Shown piece after piece: positions 61,179 through 64,000 of a stretch of DNA of 64,000 nucleotides (within the stretch, counting starts at the first letter, position 1; every line of letters starts with the position of its first letter). The stretch is from Centroscyllium fabricii (lineage: Eukaryota): the NCBI GenBank assembly GCA_051313645.2, contig JBNRSN020000003.1:484530001-484594000 (forward strand), in the 5' to 3' direction. The position numbers and the translations under genes are program-made. A model generated the notes under the pieces. That model worked only from the letters and a program-made list of their open reading frames with translations, made no database searches and was not told the origin of the DNA.

Positions 61179-61605
61179 ACGGCTCCTTCGGCATCAAAGC
61201 CTTCTATTTCAAAAATTATCACTTGGTTTTGTGGAAGTACAGGGATAGGATTATTTCCCTAATAAAGCAATTTTTTGAATTTTCTAATAAAAAGACTTGG
61301 CCAATTCCGACAGGGTTTGCCATTTCTTCAGGAACTAACCTCTGTTAGGGTTTAATATTTTGTCAGGACCTAACCTCGGTTAGGGTTTAATATGAGCTTA
61401 GTAGGACATTTCTAGACGTCAATGGTATATTGAGGGAGTTCTGATTTAAGTGCTACAAGGCCTGATCAGGGTCTGGTCATCTCTAGAGACTTAAATCTGG
61501 GTCTTAGTACTACTGTCAGTAAAATACTCCTTCTATGCATAACAATCTACAAGATGGATATGATATAAATATAAGTACAGTATAGGTTCTGTATCAACTT
61601 ATTAA

Positions 61606-61623
61606 CACACATGTTGGGTGCCA
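61606..61623 (-). promoter_or_regulatory. ERV primer-binding site, tRNA-Lys1,2 type
   Basis: Minus strand TGGCACCCAACATGTGTG versus canonical TGGCGCCCAACGTGGGGC; the first two differences are CpG decay; lies 2 nt from the LTR. Confidence 0.85.
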
Positions 61624-61625
61624 AC

Positions 61626-63070
61626 TGAAGCAATAATTACTAGTCCTAGACCTTTTTGGGCTTCCCCAGATCAGGCATATTCCCCAGGTGTTCACCTTCA
61701 ACTAAAGTTAGAGATAGCTGAATTCTATAAGATGCTTAATTGGGTCTAAAGGTCCAGGCTATCTCTCTCCAAAGGAAAGGAATGACATAATGATGTTACT
61801 GTCCTCCAGATAGCACTTTTAATAAGTTTATCTAGACTGTAATCTTCCGGATATTATGAGGGTCTGGAACCCCCCCCCCAGAATTCTGCAACTCCTTACA
61901 AAAGAGTGTACAGAAATTGTGTTTGCGCGTTTAATACAGAAATACTACTTGAGACAATTCTAAAAATATATAGATTTTTAAGAGCTGATATATAGTTAAC
62001 AGCTGATGAGTCAATTGCAACTTTAACAGTTCAAAATACAAATCGTTTACATTTCTTATTTTCAGCGATCCTTTTTCTCAAATCTTAACTTTGTATATTT
62101 TTACATTTCAATTATTCTAAATCCAGAATATCCACAAAAATCAAATTAAACGTACATTTTTGATCCCCAAAACAGAAAGAGTGAAACACTTAGAGCATGC
62201 CTCTGAAGTTGAGAAGCACTTGCCCTTTCCAGTGACTTCTGACTTTCCATCTGAAAAGCACTATTTTAATACTTTTTTAGTGGTTTATTCTTTGAAGTTT
62301 TCTGCTGATGTAAGCTAATTATCTTTCGTCATCTTTGTTGAATTATTTTCGATACTTACTGCCAATTCAACTGTTGCATGCATAATTATGTCTCTACCTT
62401 TAGGTGTTCCAAAAACGAATCATAAAAACAATATGACAGTGGTATTTATTTGATGCCATTCTTATGAAAGGACTTCCATTAAATTATAAAATCAATTAGC
62501 TGTTTGGAAGCAGATGTTGTGACTCCTGTGTGTTCCATTTTCAATACAAAAGCCATGTGATTGCTTGGTGCCATCTATTGAAGTCATATATTCAAAGTGT
62601 TCTCTTTGCACCTTTTACAACATGTAAATCAAAAACACTTCAAAAGGATCTTTGTTTTCCTAGCCATCTTAGTTGGTTATATTACTGACTTAAGTTTCCT
62701 GTCTTTCATTTGATGTTACTTTTATCAAAGGCACATGGTTTTTTAATATTCTGTGTTTCTATTTGAAGTGTCAGTTTTTAATATTTTACTTGGCATTGCT
62801 ATTTTGTTGGTTCCAAACTGCAGACATTCTAGAAGCTGCAACTTGCTGTTTCAATAGGACAATTGTCCCAGTGTTAACAATCAATTCCTATTTCAAAAGC
62901 TTGTGTGGTGTTTATAGCTTAACAACTGATCTTATCTTAAAAGGTGTGTTCTGATTGCAGCCTGTGTCGCCGAGGCTTTCCAGAGTTTTAAACCCAGTAT
63001 GTTATGTATTAATATCAGAAATCTGTTCATAGGATGATATATTTCTTGTAATATGGCTTTTTCCTTTACA
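61626..63070 (-). repeat. ERV 5' LTR (about 1445 bp)
   Basis: TG..CA termini; direct repeat of 48248-55026 once that copy's insertions are removed. Confidence 0.92.
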
Positions 63071-63687
63071 CACCAAGCCGTAGCCTCAGTGCCTGTGTCT
63101 CCAAAGGGTGAGACATCCGATACTGGGGCCACGCAGCAACTGGAGGAGAGCAGAGGAAATGGCTCTGATGTGGGTGAAGCTCTGGGACCCAGCGGGCTGC
63201 AGCAACACCATGGGGGAAGGACAGCTCGAGGGCCATCTCCCCAGAGGGTGAGTGCACACATGGGTTCTGCTGCACAGGACTTGGATGAGGACCTCGATGC
63301 CGAAGCGATGAAAACACAGGTGGTGAGCATGGACACTGAGCTCATGGGTGCAATGGCAAGGGTGCCCGAGAGCATGGATGCACTGGCTCAGAGCATGGAG
63401 GGGTCTGCCGCCAGCACAGCTGTCATCTGTGTGCAACCACTCGAGCCCATCCTTGCCTCATTGCAGAGGACAGTTGACTTGCAGAGAAACCGTGGGGTCC
63501 AGACTCCATGCTGTGTGGAATGGGTGAGGTGGCAGCATCTATTGCAACACAGGCCGAGATAACACAACAGCTTAGTTTTGTAATAGAGTCATTGGTTAAT
63601 GCCATCCAATCTCATTCTGCTCTCATGCAGTCTCAGATTGATGCCACGCAAGTGTTGGCTGCTGCCATGATTGCTGGGTTGACCACT

Positions 63688-63996
63688 ATCCCCGTGTCTG
63701 CGTGGGTTTCCTCCGGGTGCTCCGGTTTCCTCCCACAGTCCAAAGATGTGCGGGTTAGGTTGATTGGCCATGATAAATTGACCCTTAGTGTTAGGGGGTT
63801 TGAATATGTGGGGTTACGGGGATAGGGTGGGATATGTGTTGATGGAGACTCGATAGGGATCGAGGGATATGGGGAGAGGGCAGGGGCGGGGTGCTGGGTT
63901 TGGATGATCAGCCATGATCTCATTGAATGGCGGAGCAGGCTCGAAGGGCCGAATGGCCTAATCCTGTTCCTAGTTTCTATGTTTCTATGTTTCTAT
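63688..63996 (+). mobile_element. 5'-truncated V-SINE
   Basis: V-core and tail nearly identical to 60783-61178. Confidence 0.9.
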
Positions 63997-64000
63997 CCAT

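Larger units (their letters stand above)
58150..61323 (-). pseudogene. gag: Foamy-like gag remnant (interrupted by a SINE and a MITE)
   Basis: NEGLVAVYRLGKVLTQDNWEIVHG resembles prototype foamy virus QEGVATAYTLGMMLSGQNYQLVSG; YNMR motif; no CCHC knuckle seen. Confidence 0.75.
48248..63070 (-). mobile_element. Endogenous foamy-like (spuma-like) retrovirus, internally deleted and degraded
   Basis: Long direct-repeat LTRs, 4-bp TSD CACC, tRNA-Lys-type PBS, PPT AAGAAAGGGG (55027-55036), spuma-like gag/pro/RH/IN remnants. Confidence 0.9.
47023..63690 (+). mobile_element. Harbinger/PIF DNA transposon remnant split by the ERV (pieces 47023-48247 and 63071 to about 63690)
   Basis: Left TIR-like GGGGGCAAATTTT; Myb/SANT-like gene; the reading frame continues after the provirus. 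Confidence 0.7.

Noticed and set aside
48248-63070. Reading the 1.4-kb direct repeat as a segmental duplication
   Set aside because: TG..CA ends, PBS, PPT and a TSD identify the repeats as retroviral LTRs.

Overview
Eukaryotic DNA made up almost entirely of nested transposable elements. It is most likely from a cartilaginous fish, inferred from HE1-type V-SINEs with CR1 tails and a shark-type Penelope end. No intact host gene is recognisable. (1) Six insertions of one compact Gypsy lineage: A 6327-11081, B 11387-15856, C 37014-45924 (minus), D 39380-43586 nested in C, and two solo LTRs. A-D lack a tRNA primer-binding site. In its place is a 13-15 nt tract complementary to each element's own LTR poly(A)-signal region, co-varying between elements. 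They also share a YLDN RT motif and a hairpin over the PPT. This is the best candidate for an unusual system (self-priming and/or 5' poly(A) occlusion). (2) A degraded endogenous foamy-like retrovirus (48248-63070, minus) with ~1.45-kb LTRs, tRNA-Lys PBS, 4-bp TSD and spuma-like Gag/PR/RNase H/IN remnants, inserted in a Harbinger Myb gene. (3) A tRNA-Leu-primed Mag-like Gypsy and two tRNA-Trp-primed CsRn1-like Gypsy elements, one with an intact ORF. (4) An intact full-length CR1 LINE with a 223-bp tandem-monomer 5' end, joined head-to-head to a second CR1. (5) Older CR1/L2 fragments, SINEs and MITEs. All family assignments are motif recognition by eye, not database searches.
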